Shown one piece after another: positions 53,320 through 63,751 of a DNA stretch of 64,000 bases; the first letter of the stretch is position 1, and each line of letters opens with the position of its first letter. The stretch comes from Thermoplasmatota archaeon (lineage in GTDB: Archaea; Thermoplasmatota; E2; JACPAO01; JAHFTW01), in assembly GCA_041601615.1 (NCBI GenBank), contig JBFIHX010000002.1, positions 224,001 through 288,000 on the forward strand, read 5' to 3'. The notes under the pieces are model-generated. The model had not been told where the DNA came from, searched no databases, and saw nothing but the letters and a program-made list of their open reading frames with translations. Position numbers and translations under genes: made by a program.

Positions 53320-54402
53320 ATGGCCAAGCCGCTGACCGAGCACTCCACCAAGCTTCGCGCAGGCAAGGGCGACAAAGCACCCCTCGCGTCCTCGAGCCAG
53401 CCGGCCCGTTCGCGTGTGCTGGAACCCGTCGAGGGAGGTCGCGTGCGCCGCATCGTCTTCGAGGGCGATGAGCCCGTCCCGGCCCCTACCCCTGTGCGCA
53501 GTGCCCAGCGTCGCGCTGCCGATGAGTGGATGCCGCGTCACCGCGCAGACATGGACGACATTGAGTTTGAAGTGGACCACTTGGACCGCATCAAGCCACG
53601 CCGCAAGGCCTCCGTGGATCCCAAATCCCGCATCGAAACCGGCACGCTCTACGAAACAGAGCGCGGCGGCGTGCACGAAGCCCGGCAAATGACCTCTCGT
53701 GGCGAGCGCCGTGTCTTGTACACCTCCAAGCGCGACGGCGACCGCATCGAAGAGCGCCGCTTTTCGGGCCGCATGGTGGATGAAATCCTTGCCAAGCGCG
53801 ACGCACCCGTGGAGGAAGAGGTCGTGCGCGAGGAAAGCGTCGAGTACGTCTCCCGCAAGCGCCGCGTCGTCGAAGAAGTCGTCGTGGAGCCCAAGAAGGC
53901 CAAGAAGCCAAAAGTGGAAAAAGCAACCAAAAAGACGTCCCCCAAAGTCGCCAAGGAAGCGAAGGCTGTCAAACCCGCCAAGAAGGTCGCTCCCGTCGTG
54001 GCGCCCGTCGAGGAATCCGAATACCAACCCCAGTGTGCCGCCGTCACCAAAGGCGGCGTGCAATGCCGCAACAGCGCCAAGGATGGCAGCCGACACTGCG
54101 GCAGCCACCAGGGATACAAACCCGTCTCCGCGCGTGATTTGGCCGACACGGCGCCCGTGCACGCCGGAGCCGCCGACACGCTCCCGGGCCAAGGACGCGA
54201 GAAGACAGCCGGCGGGAAACAGGCCCAGTGCGGCGCATACACCTCCAGCGGCATGCAGTGCCGCAACAGCAGCCGCAAGAACAGCAAATACTGCGGCGCC
54301 CACAAGGGCTACCGCGCCCCCAGCAAGGCGCAACTGGAGAGCCGACTGGACACCAAACCGCGCTGGGACAAGGCACCGGACACATTGCCTGACGTGAAGT
54401 AG
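53320..54402 (+). CDS. Charged protein with Lys/Ala-rich linker and two C-x3-T-x2-G-x2-C-x-N...C-x2-H fingers (DUF5763-like)
   Basis: QCAAVTKGGVQCRNS...CGSH and QCGAYTSSGMQCRNS...CGAH. Confidence 0.7.
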   Translation: MAKPLTEHSTKLRAGKGDKAPLASSSQPARSRVLEPVEGGRVRRIVFEGDEPVPAPTPVRSAQRRAADEWMPRHRADMDDIEFEVDHLDRIKPRRKASVDPKSRIETGTLYETERGGVHEARQMTSRGERRVLYTSKRDGDRIEERRFSGRMVDEILAKRDAPVEEEVVREESVEYVSRKRRVVEEVVVEPKKAKKPKVEKATKKTSPKVAKEAKAVKPAKKVAPVVAPVEESEYQPQCAAVTKGGVQCRNSAKDGSRHCGSHQGYKPVSARDLADTAPVHAGAADTLPGQGREKTAGGKQAQCGAYTSSGMQCRNSSRKNSKYCGAHKGYRAPSKAQLESRLDTKPRWDKAPDTLPDVK

Positions 54403-54447
54403 GCCGACTCGCCAACGTTCAAGTGGAAGTACCGGTGGGACAGCCCT

Positions 54448-56250
54448 GTGCTGGAAGTCCTGCACCGCGACGGCCGCGGACGCATCGCTAGCTGGGAGCC
54501 CACCGAAGGTACCCGCGTGGAGAGCCCGGGCCTGATCGTCCCGGAGACAAGCCAATGCCCCGTGCCTGCTTGGGCCAAGATGGTCGTGACCGCCGAGCCG
54601 AAGGGCCGCGAAGGCGTCGTGGAACTCACCAGCGGCGGCACCTGGTTCTACCCGAACGCCACCAACGCAGACGCAGGCGGACTCGGCCTCGTGGTCCCCG
54701 CACCCATGCCCGGCCCCACGACGCAAGTGCAGATTCTCTCCGTCGGTGACGAACTTGCGGTGTTCCACGATGCCGGTGGCTGGGCCAGCGACCCCAAGCG
54801 CCTCCTTCCCGCATTCATCGAAGCCAAGCACCAAGCGACTCCGGGACGCCTGCTCTGGGCCCCCGCGCTTGGCACTCCCGCTGACTACGCTGTCTGGGCC
54901 TACCTCGGCGTGGACCTGTTCGACGCATCGCCCTTGATGCTCGCCGCGGTCCAAGGCACTGCGCTCACGATCGACGGCCCGCTTGGCTTGCTGCAAGCCG
55001 AGGCATTGTTTGGCGAGCCCGGCGAAACATGGGACGTGGACCGGCTCATGGCGTTCAACCTCGAAACCGCCCGCGCCGAACTGCGTCTCGTGCAGCACGC
55101 CATCCAGCATGGCACCCTCAGGCAACTTGCCGAGCGCCGCGCCTACACGCACCCGGATTCCGTCGCCCTCCTGCGTCGCTTTGACGCTGAACACCACCAC
55201 CTCGAAGCCGCAACCCCCGCCAACACCAACGTGGCCGTCCCGTGCATGACCTGGGACAGCCTATGGATGCCGGCCGTGGAGCGTTTCCGCCGCCGCATGC
55301 GTGATGCCTACACGCCGCCCGCCAGTGCCGACGTTCTCGTGCTGCTGCCCTGCTCCGCGCGCAAACCGTACCGACTCAGCAAGACCCACCGCTACTTTGC
55401 TCGGGCCCTCGACGAGACTGGCCTGCGCCCCCGCATCCACGAAGTGATGGTCACCTCCCCGCTGGGCCTCGTGCCACGCGACATGGAAGACGTGTACCCA
55501 GCCAACTTGTACGACCTTCCCGTCACCGGCCACTGGAACCAAGACGAAGAGGAACTCATCCGCACCCAACTGGCAAGCCTGCTGGAAGCCGGGAACTACA
55601 AGCACGTCGTCGCCCACGTTCCTGCCTCCACCTACAGCATCATCCGTGACCTCCTGCCCGACGGCACCCTGCACACCGCGCACGGACGCCCCAGCGGCAA
55701 GGAGGACTGCGACCGCCTGCGCGATGTCCTTCGCAACATCAAGACCATGGACCCCGCGCCCGGCGACATCCCCGCCGCCCGCGCCCGCAAACTGGAGGAC
55801 CTGCGAGCCCTCCTGAGCTACCAATTCGGCGCCGACGCCGCCCGCGAACTCTGCGAAGGCGCCAGCGCCAGCGGACGGGTGCCGTACGTCAAACTCACCG
55901 GCCCCGACGGCAAACAACTGGGCCAAACCATCATGGACCGAGGAATGCTCAGCTTGACCCTGGAAGGCGCCGCCATCGTCGCCAAACACCAGACAAAGCG
56001 CGTGCAGACCGGCAACTTCTGGATCCGCAAAACGGGCAGCCTGTTTGCCGTGGGCGTGGAAGGCGCCGACGCGGACGTGCGTGCCGGCGACGACGTGGTC
56101 GTCATGTACGGCGATGAAATCCGAGGCTGCGGCCAGGCACTCATGAATGGCGAAGATATGATCCACAGCAAGCGCGGTGTCGCAGTCAACCTACGCCACA
56201 TAGTCAAAGAACCGAAGGCGCCGAAGGAATCCAAGGAGGTCCCCGCATGA
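54448..56250 (+). CDS. arcS: Archaeosine synthase subunit alpha
   Basis: TGT-like N-terminus (YLGVDLFD), LLPCSARKPY..SKTH, TSPLGLVPR, YDLPVTGHW, C-terminal PUA domain. Confidence 0.9.
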   Translation: MLEVLHRDGRGRIASWEPTEGTRVESPGLIVPETSQCPVPAWAKMVVTAEPKGREGVVELTSGGTWFYPNATNADAGGLGLVVPAPMPGPTTQVQILSVGDELAVFHDAGGWASDPKRLLPAFIEAKHQATPGRLLWAPALGTPADYAVWAYLGVDLFDASPLMLAAVQGTALTIDGPLGLLQAEALFGEPGETWDVDRLMAFNLETARAELRLVQHAIQHGTLRQLAERRAYTHPDSVALLRRFDAEHHHLEAATPANTNVAVPCMTWDSLWMPAVERFRRRMRDAYTPPASADVLVLLPCSARKPYRLSKTHRYFARALDETGLRPRIHEVMVTSPLGLVPRDMEDVYPANLYDLPVTGHWNQDEEELIRTQLASLLEAGNYKHVVAHVPASTYSIIRDLLPDGTLHTAHGRPSGKEDCDRLRDVLRNIKTMDPAPGDIPAARARKLEDLRALLSYQFGADAARELCEGASASGRVPYVKLTGPDGKQLGQTIMDRGMLSLTLEGAAIVAKHQTKRVQTGNFWIRKTGSLFAVGVEGADADVRAGDDVVVMYGDEIRGCGQALMNGEDMIHSKRGVAVNLRHIVKEPKAPKESKEVPA

Positions 56251-57362
56251 GCATCGAATCCGACGCAACGGTCGTGGGCATTGCCAAGGTCGTCGACCAA
56301 AACGTCGTCAACCCACAACTCAACGACGAAGCCCGCCTCATCCGCGCCGACATTCCCATGCGCAAAGACCCGGGTGATCTGGAAGAGTACATTCGCTGCT
56401 GGAGCGAAGAAGACGTCATCGACGGCCGCCCCTGCAAAGCGCTCGTTGTGATCCTCAAGACCCGTGGCTGCACCTGGGCACTGGCCGGCGGCTGCACCAT
56501 GTGCGGCTACGCCAACGAATCCGCCTGGAGCAAGGTCAGCGACGACCAACTCGTGACGCAATTCGAGAAGGGCTGGCGCAAATACCGTGGCGAAGAACTC
56601 GTCAAAATCTACACCTCAGGCTCCTTCATCGACCCCAAGGAAGTCCCCGTCGCCGCCCAACAACGCATCCTTGACATCATCGGCGACAAGCCCTTGAAAG
56701 TCGCGTTCGAGAGCCTACCCGGATTCATCCAGCCCGGTACCTTCGAGGCGCTTGCCGGCCGCGTGCAGCGCATGGAAGTGGGCATCGGCGTCGAAAGCAG
56801 CAACCTCCTGGTGCTTCGTGACAGCATCAACAAAGGCCATGGCTTCGAGACGTTCCCCCGCGCCGCCGCCATCTGCAAAGAACACGGCGTCTCGGTCAAA
56901 GCCTACCTCATGTGCAAGCCGCCGTTTTTGAAGGAATCCGACGCGCTGGCCGACAGCACCCAAACCATCATCGACGCCGCCCCCCACAGCAACGTCGTGT
57001 CCCTGAATCCGACCAACATCCAGGGCCGCACCGTCGTCGACGCGCTGCACCGACGAGGCAGCTACCGCGCCCCGTGGCTCTGGACACTCGTGCAAGCACT
57101 GCTCGACGGCCGCACTGTCGCCGAGGAAGCCGGCTTCGACCAGATCCTCAAATCCGACGTCATCGCCGCCGGTCAAGACCGAGGCGCCCACAACTGCCGC
57201 GAATGCGACGAACGGGTCGTCAAGTACCTAAAGAAGTACAAGGACACCCAGGACAAGAAGTGGCTCGCAGAGTGCCTAGAGAAGGTGCAATGCCGCTGCC
57301 GCCGCGAATGGGAACTCGTGCGCGAATTGGGGCCATTGGTGCCGGCGTACAAAGGACTCTAG
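56247..57362 (+). CDS. Archaeosine biosynthesis radical SAM protein RaSEA
   Basis: TRGCTW...GCTMCGY, KIYTSGSF, YLMCKPPFL, RGAHNC; overlaps arcS. Confidence 0.9.
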   Translation: MSIESDATVVGIAKVVDQNVVNPQLNDEARLIRADIPMRKDPGDLEEYIRCWSEEDVIDGRPCKALVVILKTRGCTWALAGGCTMCGYANESAWSKVSDDQLVTQFEKGWRKYRGEELVKIYTSGSFIDPKEVPVAAQQRILDIIGDKPLKVAFESLPGFIQPGTFEALAGRVQRMEVGIGVESSNLLVLRDSINKGHGFETFPRAAAICKEHGVSVKAYLMCKPPFLKESDALADSTQTIIDAAPHSNVVSLNPTNIQGRTVVDALHRRGSYRAPWLWTLVQALLDGRTVAEEAGFDQILKSDVIAAGQDRGAHNCRECDERVVKYLKKYKDTQDKKWLAECLEKVQCRCRREWELVRELGPLVPAYKGL

Positions 57363-57474
57363 GGCGCCGACCTAAGATCCGAGCTGGATCCGCTAGGGCC
57401 CCCGCCAGTCCAGTAACCATTTCTGGCCCCCGGCTCCAATAGAGGCTAAGTACCTTCCCAGATATGATGTTCTG

Positions 57475-58161
57475 ATGCGCTACGTATCCATCCTCGCTGT
57501 TTTATCCCTCCTCCTTTCCGCCCTCGCCATCCTACCCACCGCAGAGGCGATCGGATGCCCCGGCCCCAACCTCACCATACCCGGCCCCGACGGCGACATC
57601 GCCACCCACAGCTACTACCCCGGCTGCGGCTTCGACCTAGTGCTCAACGAAGGCAAAGAATGCCCCGACGGCGACGACGACTGGAACCACATCCCTGTAT
57701 GGCTCGTCAACCTCTACTTCAACACCTGCGGCGACCCAGACCAAGGCCTCCTCAACAACCCCTTCTCGGTGCTGGAAGAGACTCCTCCTGCCCCGCGACC
57801 ATTCGACGCATGCCCCGGCGGCATCACGCGCCCGGCCCTCCTCTTTCCCCACATCCGCAGCGACTGCAACCCCGACCCGCACGCAACCGTTGTCGGCCCC
57901 CAGTGCCCGGGACCCCACCATGACAAAACGCCCGTGGCATACGAGAACATCACCGTACAGTACGAACAATGCCTCCTCTCCGCACCCTCCATCGGCAATC
58001 CGTTCTACAACAGCACCCACTGCCGACCGGTCCCCGAAAACAACGGCGCCGCCACGGTCACCGACGATTGCAGGCACATCTACCAGGACGGCTGCGACGA
58101 ACACACCGACCAGCGGATCCCCCAGGTCCTCTTCTCCATGACCGTACACTACTGCACCTAA
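57475..58161 (+). CDS. Secreted Cys/Pro-rich hypothetical protein
   Basis: Signal peptide ending AEA; 12 Cys arranged as about three 4-Cys modules. Confidence 0.65.
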   Translation: MRYVSILAVLSLLLSALAILPTAEAIGCPGPNLTIPGPDGDIATHSYYPGCGFDLVLNEGKECPDGDDDWNHIPVWLVNLYFNTCGDPDQGLLNNPFSVLEETPPAPRPFDACPGGITRPALLFPHIRSDCNPDPHATVVGPQCPGPHHDKTPVAYENITVQYEQCLLSAPSIGNPFYNSTHCRPVPENNGAATVTDDCRHIYQDGCDEHTDQRIPQVLFSMTVHYCT

Positions 58162-58228
58162 GTCCCCCGCAAGCCACAGCCTAGGCCCTCCTCCCCAACC
58201 CTTTCATCCCGGCCCCCGTCGCGCCCTC

Positions 58229-59455
58229 GTGCACCTGTGCGACCGCTGCCTTGGACGACGCCTGACCGGGGCCGTCGGCGCCGAAATCCAAATCGAGGCA
58301 GGCGCCCATTATCGCAGTGAAAACGGTGGCTTGGCTGAGGTCACCGCCGCCGATTGCCGTGTGTGCGAGGGCCGCTGGGATGTGGACACTTGGGTGCAAC
58401 TGGCCGCCGACGCGCTGGCGTCCTACGAGCACACCAATTTCCAGGTCGGCACTGTGTTTCCGATTCCCTGCGAACAATATGAGAAATCCTGGAAGCACCT
58501 CAATCCCGAAATCGGCGACAGCATCCGCACGGAGACCAACCGCATCATTGCGCCCTTGCTTGCGGCCAAACTGGGCACCGAAGCCGTCACGGACGGCCGG
58601 CCGGACGTGGTGGTCAGCGTCGACACCCGCTTCTGGACCGCTTCGGCTCGCAGTAACAGCCTGTTTGTCGCCGGTCGCTACACCAAACACCGCCGCGACC
58701 TGCCCCAGACCCATTGGCCCTGCAAAACCTGCCAAGGAACCGGTTGCTACCAATGCGAAGACTCCGGCGTCATGTACCCGGACTCCGTCGAAGACTGCAT
58801 TGGACAACCCGCCAAAACCGCCTTCGACGCAGAGGGCTACAGTTTCCACGGCGCTGGACGCGAAGACATCGACGCATTGATGCTCGGCACCGGCCGCCCG
58901 TTCGTTCTCGAATTGCACGACCCGAAGCGACGAACGCTCGACGCACCCGCCCTCGAAGCCGCCATCAACGCCACGACCTCTGAGCGCGGCACCGGAGTCC
59001 TAGCCCTGCGGCTCACCGAAAAAGCCGAAGTGGCCGCCATCAAGGAAGCCGCCTACGACAAGCACTACCTTGCCCACTGCGAAACCGAGGAGGACCTGAC
59101 CGAAGCCCAAATCATCGCCGCGTGCGAGGCGATGACCGGCGCCGAACTGGACCAACGCACCCCCCAGCGCGTCAGCCACCGACGGGCCGACCTCATACGC
59201 AACCGCACCATCCAAAACATGACCCTCGAACGCATGGACGACCCACGCCACTTCGCCGTCGCCGTCCACGCCGATTCGGGCGCCTACATCAAGGAAATGA
59301 TCAGCTCGGACGAAGGCCGCACCACCCCAAGCCTTGCCGAGAAACTCGGGGTCGCGTGCCGTGTAACTTTGCTCGATGTCACCGAAATCGTGGACGACGA
59401 ACCCGCCACAGCCCATGAACCTGGCGCGCCCCCAGCCCCGGCCACAACCGACTAG
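58229..59455 (+). CDS. pus10: tRNA pseudouridine(54/55) synthase Pus10
   Basis: LCDRCLGR, GRYTKHRRDLPQTHW, FHGAGREDID, GRPFVLE, QRTPQRVSHRRAD, GAYIKE. Confidence 0.93.
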   Translation: MHLCDRCLGRRLTGAVGAEIQIEAGAHYRSENGGLAEVTAADCRVCEGRWDVDTWVQLAADALASYEHTNFQVGTVFPIPCEQYEKSWKHLNPEIGDSIRTETNRIIAPLLAAKLGTEAVTDGRPDVVVSVDTRFWTASARSNSLFVAGRYTKHRRDLPQTHWPCKTCQGTGCYQCEDSGVMYPDSVEDCIGQPAKTAFDAEGYSFHGAGREDIDALMLGTGRPFVLELHDPKRRTLDAPALEAAINATTSERGTGVLALRLTEKAEVAAIKEAAYDKHYLAHCETEEDLTEAQIIAACEAMTGAELDQRTPQRVSHRRADLIRNRTIQNMTLERMDDPRHFAVAVHADSGAYIKEMISSDEGRTTPSLAEKLGVACRVTLLDVTEIVDDEPATAHEPGAPPAPATTD

Positions 59456-59709
59456 TCGACGCCCTCCACATACCAAATACCTACCAAAAGCATCCCTCGG
59501 ACGGCACAAAACCCAGAGTCTCCCGAGGTGCTGCTGAAAACGCGCCAACAGCATAGGCCTCGGGTCATCGGCCGAAGCTCAAGCGGAGGTGCCGGGCTTT
59601 TGCGTCGCCCCTTGGTGAGGCTCAGGCTTAAGTATCCGTGCCGGTCCTCGAAGGCTCACCGTCCACGGCGGACTGTCCAGCCAGCCCGCCGCGAAGAGGT
59701 GCATCCACC

Positions 59710-60003
59710 ATGCCGATCCGTTCCAAGGGGCTTCGCTCCAAGACCCGAGGCGTCTTTACCAAGCGCCCCCGCGACCGCGGTGTAGCCAGCCCGAACAAGA
59801 TCCTGCGTCAGTTCGAACCCGGCACCCGTGTCGCCATCGTCAACGACAGTTCCCAGCAAAAGGGAATGACCCACAAGCGCTTCCAGGGCCAGACCGGTGT
59901 GGTCAGCTCCAAGCAGGGTGATTCCTTCGTTGTTGACATCGTGCACGGCAACAAGCCCAAGACCCTCGTCGTTCGCGCCGAGCACCTGAAGCCCGTCCAG
60001 TGA
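59710..60003 (+). CDS. rpl21e: 50S ribosomal protein eL21
   Basis: SKGLRSKTR, KGMTHKRFQGQTG, EHLKP. Confidence 0.95.
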   Translation: MPIRSKGLRSKTRGVFTKRPRDRGVASPNKILRQFEPGTRVAIVNDSSQQKGMTHKRFQGQTGVVSSKQGDSFVVDIVHGNKPKTLVVRAEHLKPVQ

Positions 60004-60008
60004 GTTCC

Positions 60009-60371
60009 ATGAGCGACGACGTCATCCTAGACGACTTGATCGAAGACGGCCGCCTTGTCGGCCTCGCCGAGGTCAAGGAAATGCTGATGGAGGCCCAAGA
60101 GTCCCGCCCGGAACTCACCTACGAGCAGAAGATCGCCCTCGAGCACGCGCGCCGCTTTGCCCGCATCGACGTGGCGACCACCAACGCCCTTGTTTCGGAC
60201 CTCGCAACCGCGTTCCCCAACATGGACGAGAAGTTCGCCGTGCGCATCGCAGACCTTCTGCCCCAGCACGTCGACGACGTCCAAAGCATCCTCCAGAAGG
60301 CCCGCTTGGACCTTTCCCCTGAGGACCTGGAGAAGGTCCTCGAGATCATCGACAAGCACTACGTCGCCTGA
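60009..60371 (+). CDS. rpo4: RNA polymerase subunit Rpo4 (F)
   Basis: ELTYEQKIALEH, RIADLLP; conserved rpl21e-rpo4-DUF655-ksgA order. Confidence 0.9.
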   Translation: MSDDVILDDLIEDGRLVGLAEVKEMLMEAQESRPELTYEQKIALEHARRFARIDVATTNALVSDLATAFPNMDEKFAVRIADLLPQHVDDVQSILQKARLDLSPEDLEKVLEIIDKHYVA

Positions 60372-60380
60372 GGTTGACCC

Positions 60381-60959
60381 ATGGAAGACTACGTCCGTAT
60401 CCTCGATTTCTTGCCCAAGGGGCGCCCCGATGCGCCTCCTAGCCGCCGGGAGCCGACCCTTCTTGGTGTCGGTGAGGCGCAGTTCACGCTGTTCGAGCTT
60501 GTGCCCAAGCAGGGTGCCAGCTTTACCATCGGCGACCGGGCGTACATCGGCAAGGACGTAGAGCAGCGCGGCGTCATCCAGAAGATTCGCGGCCGCGTCA
60601 AGTACGAGGAGTTGACACCCTCGGCGCACGGCGAATTGCCGTATGTCATTGAGGACGTCATCAAGGAGGACCAGGAGCGGTTTGTGAAGTTCTTCAACGA
60701 CGCACCGCCCATCAGTGTCCGCTTCCACGCCCTGGAACTTCTACCGGGTGTTGGAAAGAAGAGCGTCGAGCACATTGTGCAAGAGCGCAAGAATGGCCCG
60801 TTCAAGGACCTGAAGGACCTGGAAACCCGCGCCCACATTCCCCACCCGGAAAAGGTCGTCATCCAGCGCATCATGAAGGAAATCCAGGACGAGTCGGAGA
60901 AGTACCACATCTTCGTGCGGCCTCCCCAGAAGGACGAGCCGCACGGCCGCTGGCGATAA
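60381..60959 (+). CDS. DUF655 family protein
   Basis: LDFLPKG, FTLFEL, FFNDAPPI, HALELLPGVGKK. Confidence 0.9.
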   Translation: MEDYVRILDFLPKGRPDAPPSRREPTLLGVGEAQFTLFELVPKQGASFTIGDRAYIGKDVEQRGVIQKIRGRVKYEELTPSAHGELPYVIEDVIKEDQERFVKFFNDAPPISVRFHALELLPGVGKKSVEHIVQERKNGPFKDLKDLETRAHIPHPEKVVIQRIMKEIQDESEKYHIFVRPPQKDEPHGRWR

Positions 60960-61119
60960 GAGTGCCGATGGAGAGCCGCTTGGATGGATGGCGCGCCATG
61001 GCTAGCCCGTGGGTTTCGACGCGAGCGCCGGCATGCTGGAGGCACGTCAAGCGAAGCGGCGCGATTCACGTGCTGCCAGGGCGATGCCAGGCGCCGAGCG
61101 GGACGACGGAGGCACGATA

Positions 61120-61926
61120 ATGGCGCGTCGCCCACCGTTGGGCCAGCATTTTCTGCGCGATTTGCGCACGGTTCGTCGCATCATGGAGGCGGCCGAAATT
61201 ACACCCGGTCAGCGGGTGCTGGAGATCGGTCCTGGCCCTGGTGTTTTGACGGAGCCTTTGGCGGAATTGGTCGGGCCCACGGGCCGCTTGGTCGCGGTGG
61301 AATACGACAAGGCACTGGCGGAGGCCTTGAAGGGCAAGTGGCCCAACGTGGATATTCATGTGGCGGACGCCATGGACGTGGACCTAGCCTCGCTGGGTCC
61401 TTTTGATCGCATCGTGGCAAATCTTCCGTATCAAATCAGTGGCCCTGTGACCATGGCCTTCCTGGATTTGCTGGATGCTCAGGGTTGGGGCAAGGCGGTG
61501 TTGATGTTTCAGAAGGAATTCGCGGACCGCTTGCTTGCGGGCCCCGGCAGCAAGGCGTACGGGCGTTTGTCGGTGCATCTTGCGCGTCGCTGCGAGGCCA
61601 AGCTCATCAAGGAGGTGCCGCCGGGGGCGTTCGTGCCTCCGCCGAAGGTTCGCAGCAGCATTGTGTCGTTTGTGCCCCATGCATCGCCACCGTTTGTGGT
61701 TGCGGACGAAAAGCTGTGGCGCACCGTGGTGGATGGAACGTTCCAGAATCGCCGCAAGCAGTTGCGCAATACGCTGCCGCCGCTGGTGGCGGGCTTTGGC
61801 GTGGATGGTGCTGCGGCCATAGCGGAGCTGGAGGCACTTGGTTTCGAGACGCTCCGGCCCGAGGCACTTGCCCCGGAGGCGTTTGCGGCTCTGGTGGCGC
61901 GCTTGCACGCGGTTCGGAGCGGCTAG
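61120..61926 (+). CDS. rsmA: 16S rRNA m6,2A dimethyltransferase RsmA/KsgA
   Basis: LGQHFL, LEIGPGPGVLT, ANLPYQIS, FVPPPKVRS, RRKQLRN. Confidence 0.93.
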   Translation: MARRPPLGQHFLRDLRTVRRIMEAAEITPGQRVLEIGPGPGVLTEPLAELVGPTGRLVAVEYDKALAEALKGKWPNVDIHVADAMDVDLASLGPFDRIVANLPYQISGPVTMAFLDLLDAQGWGKAVLMFQKEFADRLLAGPGSKAYGRLSVHLARRCEAKLIKEVPPGAFVPPPKVRSSIVSFVPHASPPFVVADEKLWRTVVDGTFQNRRKQLRNTLPPLVAGFGVDGAAAIAELEALGFETLRPEALAPEAFAALVARLHAVRSG

Positions 61927-61935
61927 GAGCGTTGC

Positions 61936-62535
61936 ATGGAGTGGGATGGCCTCTTTTACGCGACGCACCGCGACGTGTACGAGCCAAGCGATGATTCGTT
62001 TCTGTTGGCCTCGGTAGTTCGTGATGAAGTGCGGGCTGGCGACCGATTCTTGGAAGTGGGCTGCGGCACGGGCCTTGTGAGCTTGGCTGCGGCGCGTGCT
62101 GGTGCCACGGTGACGTGCACGGATGCAAATCCGTTGGCTGTGGAGACGGCTCGGTACAACGCCAAAGAAAACGGTTTCACCATGCACGCAGTCGAGACGG
62201 ATTTGCTGGAGGGATTGGCTGGTCCGTTCGACGCCGTGGCGTTCAATCCGCCGTATTTGCCGACGGCCGATGACGAGCACGTGGAGGGGCCGTTGGATCT
62301 TGCCTTCGATGGCGGTCCGGATGGCAACCGCGTGGTGCTTCGCTTCGTGGAGCAAATTGCGGCACTTGCGGCCCGTCCTCGGGTGGTGTGGGTGATCCAC
62401 AGCAGCCTCAGCGACCCGGCGCCCTTGGAGGGCCGGATGCAAGCATTGGGGTATGAAGTGGAGGAGGCGGCCTTGCAGTTGTTTCCGTTTGAACGGCTGC
62501 GTGTGGTCCGGTTCGTACAGCTACCCCGAGTCTAG
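61936..62535 (+). CDS. HemK2/Mtq2-related protein methyltransferase
   Basis: VYEPSDDSFLL, LEVGCGTG, FNPPYLP, DGGPDG. Confidence 0.9.
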   Translation: MEWDGLFYATHRDVYEPSDDSFLLASVVRDEVRAGDRFLEVGCGTGLVSLAAARAGATVTCTDANPLAVETARYNAKENGFTMHAVETDLLEGLAGPFDAVAFNPPYLPTADDEHVEGPLDLAFDGGPDGNRVVLRFVEQIAALAARPRVVWVIHSSLSDPAPLEGRMQALGYEVEEAALQLFPFERLRVVRFVQLPRV

Positions 62536-63662
62536 TTGAGGCGGCGGCGGACCACGAAGACGGCGGCGAGGAGTCCGAACACCAGAAGCGGAAGGGCGGG
62601 GCCGGGGGCGTCCTCGTTTGCGGCCAGCACAGGTTCCGATGTGACGTTGGTCAGGGGCTCGTCGGCCATGGCAGGGACGTATTCGAGGATCGTCATGCCG
62701 AGGATGCCGGTGAAGTTCTCGTAAACAATGACGATGGTCCAGTTGCCGGCCATATCCATGAGGGCGGGGGCTTCGGCGGCCGCATCGGGCGCTGTTTCGT
62801 TGCCGTGCCTGGTGCTGTTGTCGTCGGAGGCGACGGGGGAGGTTTCGTTGTTGAGCAGGAAGGTGCTCAGAAGTTCGCCGTCGCGCAGCACGGTGACGTT
62901 GGCGCTGCCGGTGTGGATGGCGGCGATGGTGTCGAGTGTGATGTTTTGCCAGGGGACGGTGAAGTTGAGGGTGTAGGTGTTGCTGGTGGCGTTTTCGAGG
63001 TCGTGCAGGAAACTCGGTTCGGTGAGGTTCTGGAACACGGCTTGCACGGTCTCCACGAGGTCCCCGGCGCCGGCGGCGGTCCCGATGATGTAGGAACCGA
63101 GGCTTTCGGCGGCCGCTACGTCCGATTTCGCATCAGGGATGAAGTCGGTGACGGCGCGGGCGCGGGTGGTGTAGACGAGGCCGTAGATGTCGTCGAGGCT
63201 GTCGCCGTGGGCGGCGTCGAGGTTGGCCAGGGGGATGGTGAAGTAGACGGCGTTGTCGCGTAGTTCTGCGACGTGGTCGACGTTGGCGCCACGGGATGTC
63301 GAGGGGTGTTCGACTTCGGAGAGGGTTTGCGAGTCGCCTGCGAGGGTCATTTCAAAGCAGGACATGATGGCGTATTCGGTGCCCTTGTGCTCGAAGGCGG
63401 GCAGGTAGCAGAACGAGCCGATTTCGGTGCTGCTGCTGGTGAGGTCCATGCGGAACACGAGGTTGTCGCCGTCGGTCATGACGGAGAGTGCGATGACGTC
63501 GGAGGCGGTGTCGGGGTGGTTTTGGCCACCTAGAGTGGAGTCGTCGGCGGGATCGGTGCCGAGGAGGATGAATTCGGGTTCTTGCGCGTGCGAGGCGGGA
63601 GCCACGACGAGCGATGCAAGCAAGAGGGCGATGACACTGAGCATCGCGCGGGAGCCGACCAT
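62532..63662 (-). CDS. Secreted surface (glyco)protein with PGF-CTERM-like tail
   Basis: Signal peptide, many N-x-T/S sequons, EDAPGPALPLLVFGLLAAVFVVRRRLN tail. Confidence 0.75.
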   Translation of the reverse strand: MVGSRAMLSVIALLLASLVVAPASHAQEPEFILLGTDPADDSTLGGQNHPDTASDVIALSVMTDGDNLVFRMDLTSSSTEIGSFCYLPAFEHKGTEYAIMSCFEMTLAGDSQTLSEVEHPSTSRGANVDHVAELRDNAVYFTIPLANLDAAHGDSLDDIYGLVYTTRARAVTDFIPDAKSDVAAAESLGSYIIGTAAGAGDLVETVQAVFQNLTEPSFLHDLENATSNTYTLNFTVPWQNITLDTIAAIHTGSANVTVLRDGELLSTFLLNNETSPVASDDNSTRHGNETAPDAAAEAPALMDMAGNWTIVIVYENFTGILGMTILEYVPAMADEPLTNVTSEPVLAANEDAPGPALPLLVFGLLAAVFVVRRRLN

Positions 63663-63751
63663 AGTGCTCCAGACTGGGTCTGGTTGATAGTCGTTGTTGG
63701 AAAACGTGCGCCGATTCCTTGGGGGTTTTACGACGATTAGTTGTGCGTGCC

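Noticed and set aside
59456-59709. SRP RNA or RNase P RNA
   Set aside because: No SRP helix-8 motif (CAGG..GGAA..AGCA) or RNase P GAGGAAAGTCC motif found on either strand.
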